This document shows positions 53,244 through 63,300 of a DNA stretch of 64,000 nt, in pieces. Below the pieces are notes generated by a model. The model made no database searches, was not told where the DNA came from, and saw nothing but the letters and a program-made list of their open reading frames with translations. The translations under genes were made by a program, and so were the position numbers. The stretch spans positions 11,170-75,169 of the forward strand of contig CAYLRO010000006.1 of the NCBI GenBank assembly GCA_964386635.1. Direction: 5' to 3'. This DNA is from an uncultured bacterium (lineage in GTDB: Bacteria > Fermentibacterota > Fermentibacteria > Fermentibacterales > JCC-6). Positions within the stretch are counted from its first letter, which is position 1, and each line of letters starts with the position of its first letter.

Positions 53244-54158
53244 TCAAGCCCTTGACGTTATTCGAATTGTGTTGGCGAAGTGCAGTTTAGCCATATCGGC
53301 AAGCATTGCAGCTCCATTCAGGGCAACCAGATTCCTGCCGGTTTTGTCAATAGCTGCTCCGGCTCCCGGTGAAAGAGTAACTCCGCATTTTTCTGAAAGG
53401 ACTGCCAGTTCATTGATGTATACACTTCGCGCAATGATGGAGGCTGCTGCCACAGAAGGCTCTCTGTCCTCGGCTCTCACAGTGAGAAGCATGGTTGCAT
53501 CAGTGGGAGGAAGCCATGGAGCAAGCCTCTTCATGTCACAGAACCTGTCTACAACAATGTTTTCAGGTGTGCACCCTTTTGCCAGGAGACCTTTAATAAC
53601 AGAACCGTGGGCTTTGGCCTGCATGTCCAGACTGTTTCTTCCAATGCTGGTAAAGGAGGCAAACATGGCATTGTACTCTCCAGGAGATATGGAACAGACC
53701 GCATAGGTAAGTTCTTCCATCTCAGTCAGCTTTTCATACAGATCTTTTATCTTCTGGGAAGTCAGTTTTTTGGAATCAGCAACACCGATAGCCACAAGTC
53801 TTCTGCAGGTTTCCTGACTGCAGCAGACACCGGCTGCCACCAGAGGGCCGAAGTAGTCACCTTTCCCTGCTTCATCTGTACCGGCTCTGATTCCCTGAAG
53901 CCACAGTTCCTCATTCTCCCCCAGGCCGTTCAATATATGCATGACCTGTTCGAGCAAAGCACTGTCCCCTCCTGAAGGAACTGTACTGGCTCCCTTTTTC
54001 CTTGAGTGATAGAGGTTCACGCTGCAGATGCTGCCGTTCTTCTCCAGCTTCAGCTGAATACCCCAGGGCAGTTCTTTCGTCCCGGTGACTGATACTCCGC
54101 CTGCCTTCAGCTTTTGCTCTGAACTGTTGAAGTGAACCTGAAGTTCCGGTGACATCAC
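53244..54158 (-). CDS. rnhC: Ribonuclease HIII
   Basis: 304 aa. RNase HII/HIII active-site motif GTDEAGKGDYFGPLVAAGV. An additional ~90-aa N-terminal domain as in RNase HIII. Confidence 0.75.
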   Translation of the reverse strand: MMSPELQVHFNSSEQKLKAGGVSVTGTKELPWGIQLKLEKNGSICSVNLYHSRKKGASTVPSGGDSALLEQVMHILNGLGENEELWLQGIRAGTDEAGKGDYFGPLVAAGVCCSQETCRRLVAIGVADSKKLTSQKIKDLYEKLTEMEELTYAVCSISPGEYNAMFASFTSIGRNSLDMQAKAHGSVIKGLLAKGCTPENIVVDRFCDMKRLAPWLPPTDATMLLTVRAEDREPSVAAASIIARSVYINELAVLSEKCGVTLSPGAGAAIDKTGRNLVALNGAAMLADMAKLHFANTIRITSRA

Positions 54159-54961
54159 TGGAACGGATTCTCCACTTCAAGGGGAGTTCCAAGAGTGTAG
54201 TCTTCCAGAATACAGGTTATTTCACCTATGACAATGGACGCACTCATGAGCACTGGAATATGCCTTTCGTCGTCGGTAACCCAGATAAAAATCTCCCCCT
54301 GCTGATTGAAGAGACCTTCACCTCTGAGAACCGGCTGCAGCTGGATACAGTCAAATGTGCCGGCACGGGTTCTGATACTCCCTCTTTCAAGAACCTTTAC
54401 CTCCAGAGGGTAGTTGTCGTTGTCCACATGGACATCAATACAGAAGTCGTTTCCAGGTTCAAGCTCCTGTGTTCTTGCGAAAAAGAATGCACTGAGCACA
54501 TCCAGTGCATGAGGAGGAATGGCAATAACAGCTTTGTCCGGATCCTCCTCTTCAGGATAATAGGCAAACCCTTCCTCCTGGTCGAAGTACATCTCCTCAC
54601 TGTTGGAGTATTCACCCTCCTGGAGACTCTTCATATAGGTAAGAGAATGAAGCTGAACAATATCCAGCAATGCTTCGTTTACATCGCGAACTTCGAAAAA
54701 ACTGCTGAAAGCAGGATTGGAACTGGCTTCAGCAGTTATTCTGTAACCGAGAAGTCCTTCATGGTCCACAGGTCCTGTAACACTCAGTGTGGCGGTTCCC
54801 GCTTTGAGAATCCCGTACTCCACACTGAATACCAGTCTTTCTCCCGGTCCCCAGGTGTTGTTCTCTACATATCTTCTTTCGTAGTCGCCCCAGTCCCATA
54901 CGGAACCGTCGGCGATACAACTCATTATCACTCCGGCGATCAGCAGTATTGAAAGTTTCAT
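54155..54961 (-). CDS. DUF3108-like secreted protein
   Basis: 268 aa. Signal peptide MKLSILLIAGVIMSCIA. …LVFSVEYGILKAGTATLSV…GYRITAEASS… resembles DUF3108 proteins. Assignment from memory, moderate. Confidence 0.5.
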   Translation of the reverse strand: MKLSILLIAGVIMSCIADGSVWDWGDYERRYVENNTWGPGERLVFSVEYGILKAGTATLSVTGPVDHEGLLGYRITAEASSNPAFSSFFEVRDVNEALLDIVQLHSLTYMKSLQEGEYSNSEEMYFDQEEGFAYYPEEEDPDKAVIAIPPHALDVLSAFFFARTQELEPGNDFCIDVHVDNDNYPLEVKVLERGSIRTRAGTFDCIQLQPVLRGEGLFNQQGEIFIWVTDDERHIPVLMSASIVIGEITCILEDYTLGTPLEVENPFQ

Positions 54962-54998
54962 TCTGTGTCCTTTCCCGGTGGCATTTGACTAGTTTACA

Positions 54999-56021
54999 TC
55001 AGCCGAAGCATACTTGTTCCAAATGCTTTGTCCATAAATGTCCCACAGCTTCAGGAGAGAGTTTTTCCACAGAGTGTTTCCTTGCGTTTCCCGCCAGATA
55101 ACCGGACAGGCCCCTGTTCTCTGTCAGATGGTTGATCTGTGCAGCAAGCTGCCTCCAGTTTCCCGGACTGTGAAGAAGTCCGTTCTCACCGTCAGTAACA
55201 AGATCCAGAAGTCCATTTGTTGATGCCGCCAGCAGAGGCACTCCTGAAGCCATCATCTCCATACCTGCTCTGGAAACAGCCTCACTGCCCAGGCTAGTAA
55301 CTACTCCCACATCAGCCCTTTTCAGAAGAGGTCTCACATCATCCACTCTTCCTGTGAATTCGATCCGGTGAGCCACTCCCAGGGAATCAGCATACTCCGA
55401 AAGCATCCCGGCTGTGTACTGGGCATCTTTCCCGGCTATAACTGCTCTGTAGTTTTCCCTTACCATTGTCATTGCTCTGATAAGCGTCTTATGACCTTTT
55501 ACCGGGCTTAGTCTTGCCAGGGAAAGTATCACATTTTCCGGGCTGTTTCCTGATTCGTTGAACCATTCGGTATCCACCGGCTGAGGAATAACTGCAGTTC
55601 TACCCCTTCTGGGGCCATGATATCCCTTTTCCACCATGGACCTCCCTGGAAACACAACGAGAGATGTTCTGCTGTCCACTGTCTGCCAGAGTCTGCCGCC
55701 GCGAGCCCTTCTCTGATCAGACCGGTATCTCAGCAGGGGCACTTCAGAAACAGTCATTGCAGCCGCTGTCTGCCCTTCTCCTCTGAAGGATATTACAACA
55801 TCAGCCTTAAAATCCCTTACGGCTCCTCTGAGACCCATGGAAAGGTTCCTGAGTTCCCTGAAAGGCAGTCCCAGTTCCCTGAGTTTTCCAGAAACCGCTC
55901 CACCGTTTCCTGTCTGCAAAAGAACTTCGTGCCCTTCATGGAGAAGAGCACTGCCGGTAAGAGCAGCGCCCTGAGATGCTGCATTCCACCACTTGCAGTT
56001 AATTGTGATGAATACTCTCAT
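54999..56021 (-). CDS. Glycosyltransferase family 4 (GT-B, RfaG-like)
   Basis: 340 aa. C-terminal GT1/GT4 motif …SEAVSRAGMEMMASGVPLLAASTNGLLDLVTDGENGLL…. Confidence 0.8.
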   Translation of the reverse strand: MRVFITINCKWWNAASQGAALTGSALLHEGHEVLLQTGNGGAVSGKLRELGLPFRELRNLSMGLRGAVRDFKADVVISFRGEGQTAAAMTVSEVPLLRYRSDQRRARGGRLWQTVDSRTSLVVFPGRSMVEKGYHGPRRGRTAVIPQPVDTEWFNESGNSPENVILSLARLSPVKGHKTLIRAMTMVRENYRAVIAGKDAQYTAGMLSEYADSLGVAHRIEFTGRVDDVRPLLKRADVGVVTSLGSEAVSRAGMEMMASGVPLLAASTNGLLDLVTDGENGLLHSPGNWRQLAAQINHLTENRGLSGYLAGNARKHSVEKLSPEAVGHLWTKHLEQVCFG

Positions 56022-56097
56022 TCTTTTCCTTTCGCAGTTCCCCTTTTATAAATCATTCATTGAGAAACATAAACCACATGAACCGAAGGGAAAGAGC

Positions 56098-57267
56098 ATG
56101 AGATTCAGAACATCAGACAGGATGGCAGGAGTCCACATGCCGCCGATACACCCAATTATGAACAGGGTGAGGACAATGAGGGAAAAAGGCGCCACTGTCT
56201 ACTCAATGGCTCAGGCGGTTCCCTGGTACGGCCCCCCGGAGCAGGCAATGAAGGAATTCCTCTCTGAATTCAACTCGCCGGGATTCAACTTCTACAGCCC
56301 GGACCCCGGTGGTCTTTCCACAAGAAAAGCCCTTGCGGAAGACTTTTCCAAAAGGCGGAATATTGATCTGGACCCCTCCTGCGAACTGCATCTCACATGC
56401 GGAGCAAGTCAGGCTTTTGTCAGTGCCCTGATGTCTGTTGCAGACCAGGGAGACCGAGTTGTTGTTCTTGAACCGTACTATTTCGACCATGTTTTTGCTG
56501 TACAGTTCTCCGGACTCAAGCTGGATTCGGTTCCCATGGTGGAAACAACAGGATGGGAAGTGCCCTGGAAGGAGCTTGAAAGCCGTATCCCCGGGGCAGG
56601 GGTAATGGTGCTTGTCAATCCCGGTAACCCTACAGGGTCTGTACTTTCAGAGGAGGAGTTAAGACGGCTGGTTTCACTCACAGGGGAAAACAACTGTGCA
56701 CTTATTATCGACGAGACATACGAGAGATTCAATTTCACAGGAAGTGACTATCACCCCTGGCAGGAAAGTCGGCATGATCATGTTCTCACCCTTGGAAGTT
56801 TCTCCAAAAGCTTCAGCCTTTCAGGATGGCGTCTGGGATATCTTTTCGGTCAGTCATACATTCTTGAAGAAGCGCTGAAGGTGCAGGACTCTGTGGTAAT
56901 ATGTCCCCCTACTCCGTCTCAGATACTCCTGGAAAAATGTCTCGAGCTCAGTGGCTGGGTTGAAAACAGATCTTCTCAGGTGCTGCACAGACTGAATCTC
57001 TGCAGAGAGGCGATAAACAGGTCCAGAGGTCTTGAATGGAGGGAAGCCGGAGGAGGGTTCTTCACCCTGGCTTCCATACCTGATGGAATTGACAGCTATG
57101 ATCTTGCGGAATTCCTTATGGACAACTACGGAATAGCATCCATCCCTGGAGGCGCTTTCGGTGAATCAGGCAATGGACACATCAGATTGAGTTTCGGGTG
57201 TCTCTCGGATGAACAGCTGATTCCTGCCATGGAAATGCTGGCATCAGTTGATCTAAGCAAATTATGA
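56098..57267 (+). CDS. Class I/II pyridoxal-phosphate-dependent aminotransferase
   Basis: Start chosen at the ATG at 56098 (MRFRTSD…), preceded by GAAGGGAAAG. PLP-Lys region LGSFSKSFSLSGWRLGY. The track's longer ORF starts at 55993 inside the divergent GT gene. Confidence 0.75.
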   Translation: MRFRTSDRMAGVHMPPIHPIMNRVRTMREKGATVYSMAQAVPWYGPPEQAMKEFLSEFNSPGFNFYSPDPGGLSTRKALAEDFSKRRNIDLDPSCELHLTCGASQAFVSALMSVADQGDRVVVLEPYYFDHVFAVQFSGLKLDSVPMVETTGWEVPWKELESRIPGAGVMVLVNPGNPTGSVLSEEELRRLVSLTGENNCALIIDETYERFNFTGSDYHPWQESRHDHVLTLGSFSKSFSLSGWRLGYLFGQSYILEEALKVQDSVVICPPTPSQILLEKCLELSGWVENRSSQVLHRLNLCREAINRSRGLEWREAGGGFFTLASIPDGIDSYDLAEFLMDNYGIASIPGGAFGESGNGHIRLSFGCLSDEQLIPAMEMLASVDLSKL

Positions 57268-58208
57268 ACAGGAACAGATTCCATTCGCTGAACACTTTCT
57301 TAAGAAACACCTTCGGAACGAAGGTTTACAAGCTCAGCCTTGCAGGGGGATTCACCTGCCCTGTCCGGGATGGAACCATCAGTACATCCGGTTGCAGCTA
57401 CTGCAACCCCTCCGGTAACATCCCCAGACACTTCACACCGGAAATGACACTGTCTGAACAGCTGGATAATTCAGCAGAGTATGTCAGGGAAAGGCACGGA
57501 GCAGAGGCATTTCTGGCATACTTTCAGGACTACACCGCCACATACGGGAATACTGCAAAGCTTGAGAAACTGTGCCGTGAGGTTCTCACCTTTCCAGGTG
57601 TAAAGGGCCTCTCTCTCTGTACAAGACCGGACTGTCTTCCGGAAAATACTGTGGATTTTCTGGCAGACCTTTCCAGAGAAACCTTTGTCTGGATTGAGCT
57701 GGGTATCCAAAGCGGTTGTGATGCCACACTGCTCAGGATGAGACGAGGACACACTGTCCATGATTCGGAGAAAGCATTTGACAGGCTTCACTCACGAGGA
57801 ATAAGAACAGCTGCTCATGTAATTCTGGGGTATCCGGGAGAATCAAGGGAAGAAGCTCTTGCAACAGCTGAACTTGTAAGAAGCTCCGGAACCCGGGGTG
57901 TAAAGATTCAGAACCTGCATGTTCTTAAGAATACCCTTCTTGCAGAGCAGTATGAAAGAGGTGAGATCAAACTTCAGAGAAGAAGCGAGTATGCATCTCT
58001 GGCAGCGGATTTTATTGAGAGAATAGAACCTGGAACAGTTGTTCAGCGCCTTACAGGTGAAGCCCCTCCCAGACTGCTGGTGGCACCTGAATGGAGCATC
58101 AACAAACTGAAGGTGATGGACCGTGTCAGGAGGGAACTGATGTACAGAAACTCCTGGCAGGGAAAAGCGCTGGGGTATTCCATGAAAAACATTCCGTCAA
58201 CTGATTGA
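57264..58208 (+). CDS. Radical SAM protein of the TIGR01212 (YhcC-like) family
   Basis: 314 aa. N-terminal CPVRDGTISTSGCSYCNPSG Cys cluster characteristic of TIGR01212 rather than the canonical CX3CX2C. Start overlaps the aminotransferase stop (ATGA). Confidence 0.7.
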   Translation: MNRNRFHSLNTFLRNTFGTKVYKLSLAGGFTCPVRDGTISTSGCSYCNPSGNIPRHFTPEMTLSEQLDNSAEYVRERHGAEAFLAYFQDYTATYGNTAKLEKLCREVLTFPGVKGLSLCTRPDCLPENTVDFLADLSRETFVWIELGIQSGCDATLLRMRRGHTVHDSEKAFDRLHSRGIRTAAHVILGYPGESREEALATAELVRSSGTRGVKIQNLHVLKNTLLAEQYERGEIKLQRRSEYASLAADFIERIEPGTVVQRLTGEAPPRLLVAPEWSINKLKVMDRVRRELMYRNSWQGKALGYSMKNIPSTD

Positions 58209-58222
58209 TTCTGCTGCGGCCT

Positions 58223-58855
58223 TTACCTGAATACCCCTTCTTCGATACACAATGCTTTTAACGCAACCCTGTAAGCAGGTCGGTACAGATCCCTGTAGCG
58301 CTTAGAATGATGAACAGCGTGAAAACCTGTTTCCCTCTGTATGCTGATGAAAGCCCTCATCTGATCTGCTGAAAATTCTCTCTGAACTGATTCAGCCGCC
58401 CTCCAGGCTTCCTCAATGCGTCCGGGGTCTTCCCTGCATTCTCTGCCTGTTCTGACAAAAGCCCTGAGAAGTGATTCCGGGTCTCTCTGCTGACAGAGAA
58501 ACGGCCTCAGATTCACTCTGATTATGGTGCCTCCGGGAGATATCTCCTCTATGAGAGTCTCCCTGTCGGAACCTTCTCCCGGGTCTTCAATTTCCCGTAG
58601 AAGCCACTCCCTGGCCTTTTCAGTTGAAGACACTGCATGACCACTGCCCATAACCCCCTGATATACCAACTTATAAAGGTCGTTCATCTCCATCAGCGGA
58701 TACAATTCAATCTGCTTTCCAATAACCTCTTCAAAGGAGCAGTTTTTCAATGTCAGCCTTTCTGGAACAAACTTGTGAAAGCCAAATATAACTTGGTGTT
58801 CAGGACAGGTTCCCTCCCCTGTCGGAACACCCCTTTCAAGTGTGTTGAGCAACAC
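58223..58855 (-). CDS. Hypothetical protein
   Basis: 210 aa ORF with a GTG start. No recognisable motif. Basic C-terminus. Confidence 0.4.
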   Translation of the reverse strand: MLLNTLERGVPTGEGTCPEHQVIFGFHKFVPERLTLKNCSFEEVIGKQIELYPLMEMNDLYKLVYQGVMGSGHAVSSTEKAREWLLREIEDPGEGSDRETLIEEISPGGTIIRVNLRPFLCQQRDPESLLRAFVRTGRECREDPGRIEEAWRAAESVQREFSADQMRAFISIQRETGFHAVHHSKRYRDLYRPAYRVALKALCIEEGVFR

Positions 58856-58862
58856 GAAGAAG

Positions 58863-58900
58863 GACCCGCTGGAAACACCAGCGGGTCTTCCTTTTCGTTG
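58863..58900 (+). terminator. Terminator-like hairpin (10-bp perfect stem GACCCGCTGG/CCAGCGGGTC, 5-nt loop) followed by a T-rich tract, in the divergent region upstream of asnS
   Basis: GACCCGCTGG-AAACA-CCAGCGGGTC-TTCCTTTTCGTTG read on the plus strand. About 70 nt upstream of the asnS ATG. Confidence 0.5.
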
Positions 58901-58973
58901 TACTTATTGCGCTTTCTTTGTAGATTACCCATTCTCCCGAACATTGGCCTGAAACATTATCGGAGGTTACGAG

Positions 58974-60356
58974 ATGATCCGTCGGAACACCATCAAGTCC
59001 ATACTGGGCGGTGAGCACACAGGCAGCGAGATAACAACTTATGCCTGGGTGAAAACAGCCAGAACAGGAAAAAGTGTTGCGTTTGCAGCACTGAACGACG
59101 GGTCCACTTTGAATAACCTTCAGGCGGTTTTCGACAGAAACCTGTTTTCAGACGCGGACCTTGCGGGCATACTCACAGGAGCCTGCGTGAAGGTCACCGG
59201 ACTGGTGGTTCAGAGCCAGGGTTCAGAACAGTCAGTTGAAATTGCAGCAGGCTCTGTTCAGGTTATAGGTGCTGTGGATGAGGAATACCCTCTTCAGAAA
59301 AAACGCCATTCAATGGAATTCCTCCGCACAATGCCGCATCTCAGGTCGAGAACCAGCACATTCTCCAATGTGTTCAGGGTAAGCCACCACATTTCAATGG
59401 CAGTGTACAGATTCTTTGACGAGAATGGATTCTTCCACGTGCACACCCCTTTCATAACCGAGAGTGACTGCGAGGGAGCAGGAGAAACTTTCCAGATCAC
59501 AACTCTGCCGCTGGATATGCTGCCTGTTAAGGATGGAGAAGTCCTTTACGAGAAAGACTACTTCAGGAGAAAGGCTTTCATGACAGTGAGTGGTCAGCTT
59601 GAAGCTGAACCCTTTGCTCTCTCCATGGGAAAGGTGTTTACATTCGGTCCAACCTTCAGAGCAGATCCTTCCGACACCCGGATACACGGAGCTGAGTTCT
59701 GGATGCTGGAACCGGAGATGGCTTTTTTTGATCTTGAGGATAACCTGAACCTCATTGAGAGCTTTGTGAAGTTTACCGTTTCTTACCTTCTGGAAAAATG
59801 TCCGGATGAAATTGCCTTTTTCACAAAGTTCTTTGAGAAGGATCTTCCAGACAGATACAACGCCCTGCTGAACGGATCTTTTGCAAGGATCACATACACA
59901 AAAGCAATTGAAATCCTGCAGAGCACAGACAGGAAATTCGACAGCATCCCTCAGTGGGGAGACGACCTTGCCACAGAACATGAAAGGTATCTGGCAGAAG
60001 AGCACTTCGGGAAACCGGTGTTCGTCACAGATTATCCCGCTTCTATGAAACCTTTCTACATGTATGTTAACGATGACGGTAAAACCGTGGGCGCCTGCGA
60101 TCTGCTTGCTCCTGGAGTAGGTGAACTGGTAGGCGGCAGCCAGAGAGAACACAGACCTGATCTTCTTCTGAGAAGAGCAGTTGAACAGGGTCTCGACCTG
60201 GAGACCTACAGGTGGTACCTGGAGCTTCGCAGATGGGGAACAGCTCCCCACTCCGGTTTCGGACTGGGATTTGAAAGGCTTCTCATGTACCTCACTGGAA
60301 TGGATAACATTCGTGACGTGATGCCATTCCCCAGAACTTTCGGAAAAATGTTTTAA
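58974..60356 (+). CDS. asnS: Asparagine--tRNA ligase
   Basis: 460 aa class IIb aaRS. C-terminal motif 3 …GFGLGFERLLMYLTGMDNIRDVMPFPR. Length typical of AsnS (shorter than AspS). Confidence 0.82.
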   Translation: MIRRNTIKSILGGEHTGSEITTYAWVKTARTGKSVAFAALNDGSTLNNLQAVFDRNLFSDADLAGILTGACVKVTGLVVQSQGSEQSVEIAAGSVQVIGAVDEEYPLQKKRHSMEFLRTMPHLRSRTSTFSNVFRVSHHISMAVYRFFDENGFFHVHTPFITESDCEGAGETFQITTLPLDMLPVKDGEVLYEKDYFRRKAFMTVSGQLEAEPFALSMGKVFTFGPTFRADPSDTRIHGAEFWMLEPEMAFFDLEDNLNLIESFVKFTVSYLLEKCPDEIAFFTKFFEKDLPDRYNALLNGSFARITYTKAIEILQSTDRKFDSIPQWGDDLATEHERYLAEEHFGKPVFVTDYPASMKPFYMYVNDDGKTVGACDLLAPGVGELVGGSQREHRPDLLLRRAVEQGLDLETYRWYLELRRWGTAPHSGFGLGFERLLMYLTGMDNIRDVMPFPRTFGKMF

Positions 60357-60383
60357 CGGAAACCTAGAAGAAAGCCGGCAACT

Positions 60384-63300
60384 ATGAGCAGACAAATGAT
60401 TACTATCGATGGTAACGAAGCTGCGGCCAGGGTGGCTCACAAACTCAGCGAGGTGATAGCCATCTACCCTATTACGCCGTCAACTCCCATGGGAGAGCAC
60501 AGCGACGCATGGTCAGCGCTGGGTAGGACCAACATCTGGGGAACAGTACCCCTTGTTCAGGAAATGCAAAGTGAAGGAGGAGCTTCAGCAGCTGTTCACG
60601 GTGCATTGCAGACAGGTGCCCTGACAACAACATTCACAGCCAGCCAGGGTCTTCTTCTCATGATCCCCACAATGTACAAGATTGCCGCGGAACTCACACC
60701 TGCTGTGTTCCATGTATCTGCAAGAAGCCTTGCGGCTCAGGCTCTTTCCATCTTCGGTGATCACAGTGATGTAATGGCAGTTCGCAACACAGGATTCGGG
60801 CTGCTTTCAAGCGCAAGCGTGCAGGAGGTTACAGACCTTGCAGCAATCGCACACGCTGCCACTCTGAAGAGCAGAATACCCTTCATCCACTTCTTCGACG
60901 GATTCAGAACAAGTCATGAGATACAGAAGATAGAGCCTCTCGAGGACGAAGTTCTCAGGCAGATGATCGATGACGAGCTTGTGTTCGCCCACAGGCACAG
61001 GGGGCTTAATCCCAACCATCCGGTTTTAAGGGGAACAAGTCAGAACCCGGATGTTTACTTCCAGGGCAGAGAAACCGTGAACCCCTACTACCAGGCAACC
61101 CCTGCCATTGTTCAGGAATACATGGACCTCTTCGCAAAGCTCACAGGCAGAAAGTACAACCTGTTCGATTACGTGGGAGCACCGGATGCCGAGCACATCA
61201 TGATTCTCATGGGATCAGGATGCGAAGTTGCTCATGAAACAGTTGAACACCTTGTAAAGAAAGGTGAGAAGGTTGGCGTAATCAAGGTTAGACTTTACAG
61301 ACCTTTCGATGCCTCGGCCTTCCTCTCCTCCATTCCGGAATCCGTTAAAACCATCAGTGTTCTTGACAGAACAAAGGAACCGGGCAACGATGGTGAACCA
61401 CTCTACAAAGATGTGGTAACCGCTCTTACCCAGGCTGGAAGAACAGACATAAAGGTTCTTGGAGGCCGCTATGGCCTTTCCAGCAAGGAATTCTGTCCTT
61501 CAAGAGTTCTCGCTGTATACGACAATGCCAGGGGCGAGCAGAAGAACGATTTCACAGTTGGAATCAATGACGATGTCACCGGAACCAGCATCCCCATTCC
61601 TGAACTTAACATAGGCGAGGAAGGGCTGCATCAGGCAGTATTCCTCGGGCTTGGCTCAGATGGTACTGTGGGAGCAAACAAGAACAGCATCAAAATTATC
61701 GGCGAAACAACCGACTTCTATGCTCAGGGTTACTTCGTGTACGACTCCAAAAAGGCCGGAGCTCTTACAGTAAGTCACCTGAGATTCGGCCCCAACCCCA
61801 TCAGACATACATGTCTTATCAGTAAGGCAAATTTTGTTGCCTGCCACCAGACAGTGTTCCTTGAGAAGTACGACATACTGAAGTATGCCGACAAGGGAGC
61901 CACTTTCCTTCTCAACACACCCTTCGGACCTGAAGAAATATGGGACAATCTCCCTGTCACAGTTCAGAAGGCAATACTGGACAAGAATCTCAAGTTCTAT
62001 GTGATAGATGCCTACGAAGTGGCTAGAAACACTGGAATGGGTGTCAGGATAAATACCATAATGCAAACATGCTTCTTCGCAATAAGCGGTGTTCTGCCTG
62101 CTGACGAAGCCATTGCAAAGATCAAGGGTGCTATCCAGAAGTCATACGGTAAAAAAGGTGAGGCGATAGTCAACAAAAACTTCAATGCAGTGGACCAGGC
62201 AGTAGCCAATCTCTACCAGGTTGATTATCCGAATAAAATCACAAGCACAATCCAGGTTCCCCCTGTGGTTTCTGAAGAAGCACCTGACTTTGTAAAGAAT
62301 GTTACAGCAAAAATACTTGCCCAGACAGGTGATGATATCCCTGTGAGCGCAATGCCTGCAGACGGCACATGGCCCACAGCAACCACTCAGTGGGAGAAGC
62401 GCAACATTGCCATGGAGATCCCGGTATGGGACCCTGAGGTTTGCATTCAGTGCGGGCTCTGCAACCTTGTCTGCCCTCATGCTGCAATCCGCATGAAGTA
62501 CTACGACAAGGCTCTTCTGGAGAATGCTCCTGAAACTTTCAAGCATGCTGACGGTAAAGCGAAATTCAAGGATTACGCTTATACAAATCAGATCGCCCCG
62601 GAAGACTGCACCGGCTGCGGCGCATGTGTTCATATCTGCCCTGCCAAGAACAAAACCGTCGAGGGTAAAAAAGCCATCAACATGGAGACCCAGGCACCCC
62701 TCAGACATGCAGAGGTGAAAAACTACAAGTTCTTCCTGGAGATCCCGGACTTCGACAGAACAGCTCTGAATCCCGCAACTGTAAAGGAAAGTCAGCTCCT
62801 CAGACCTCTGTTCGAGTACTCAGGTGCCTGTGCAGGCTGCGGAGAAACACCTTATGTGAAGCTTCTAACACAGCTTTTCGGTGACAGGGCTGTTATTGCA
62901 AATGCAACCGGATGCTCCTCCATCTACGGCGGCAACCTTCCAACCACACCTTACGCCAAAGACATCTCAGGAAGAGGACCTTCATGGAACAACAGTCTTT
63001 TCGAAGATGCAGCGGAATTCGGTTTCGGCTTCAGGCTCACAACAGACAAGCATTCCGAAACTGCAACTGAACTGCTGAAAGGCCTTTCAGGCAAACTGGA
63101 CGAAAACCTGATCGACAGCCTTCTTGACTCCTCATGCTCAAACGAGCTTGAGATCGCCCAGCAGAGGGAAAGGGTGGAATATCTGAGGAAGGCTCTTGCC
63201 GGTATTGATACACCGGAGGCAAGACAGCTTGAGTCCCTTGCGGATTACTTCGTTCCAAGGTCCGTATGGATCCTTGGCGGAGACGGCTGGGCATACGACA

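Noticed and set aside
59394-60440. 348-aa minus-strand ORF antisense to asnS
   Set aside because: asnS is unambiguous (class II motif 3). The antisense ORF is an unusually long shadow ORF with a Cys/His/Ser-rich composition and no start context.
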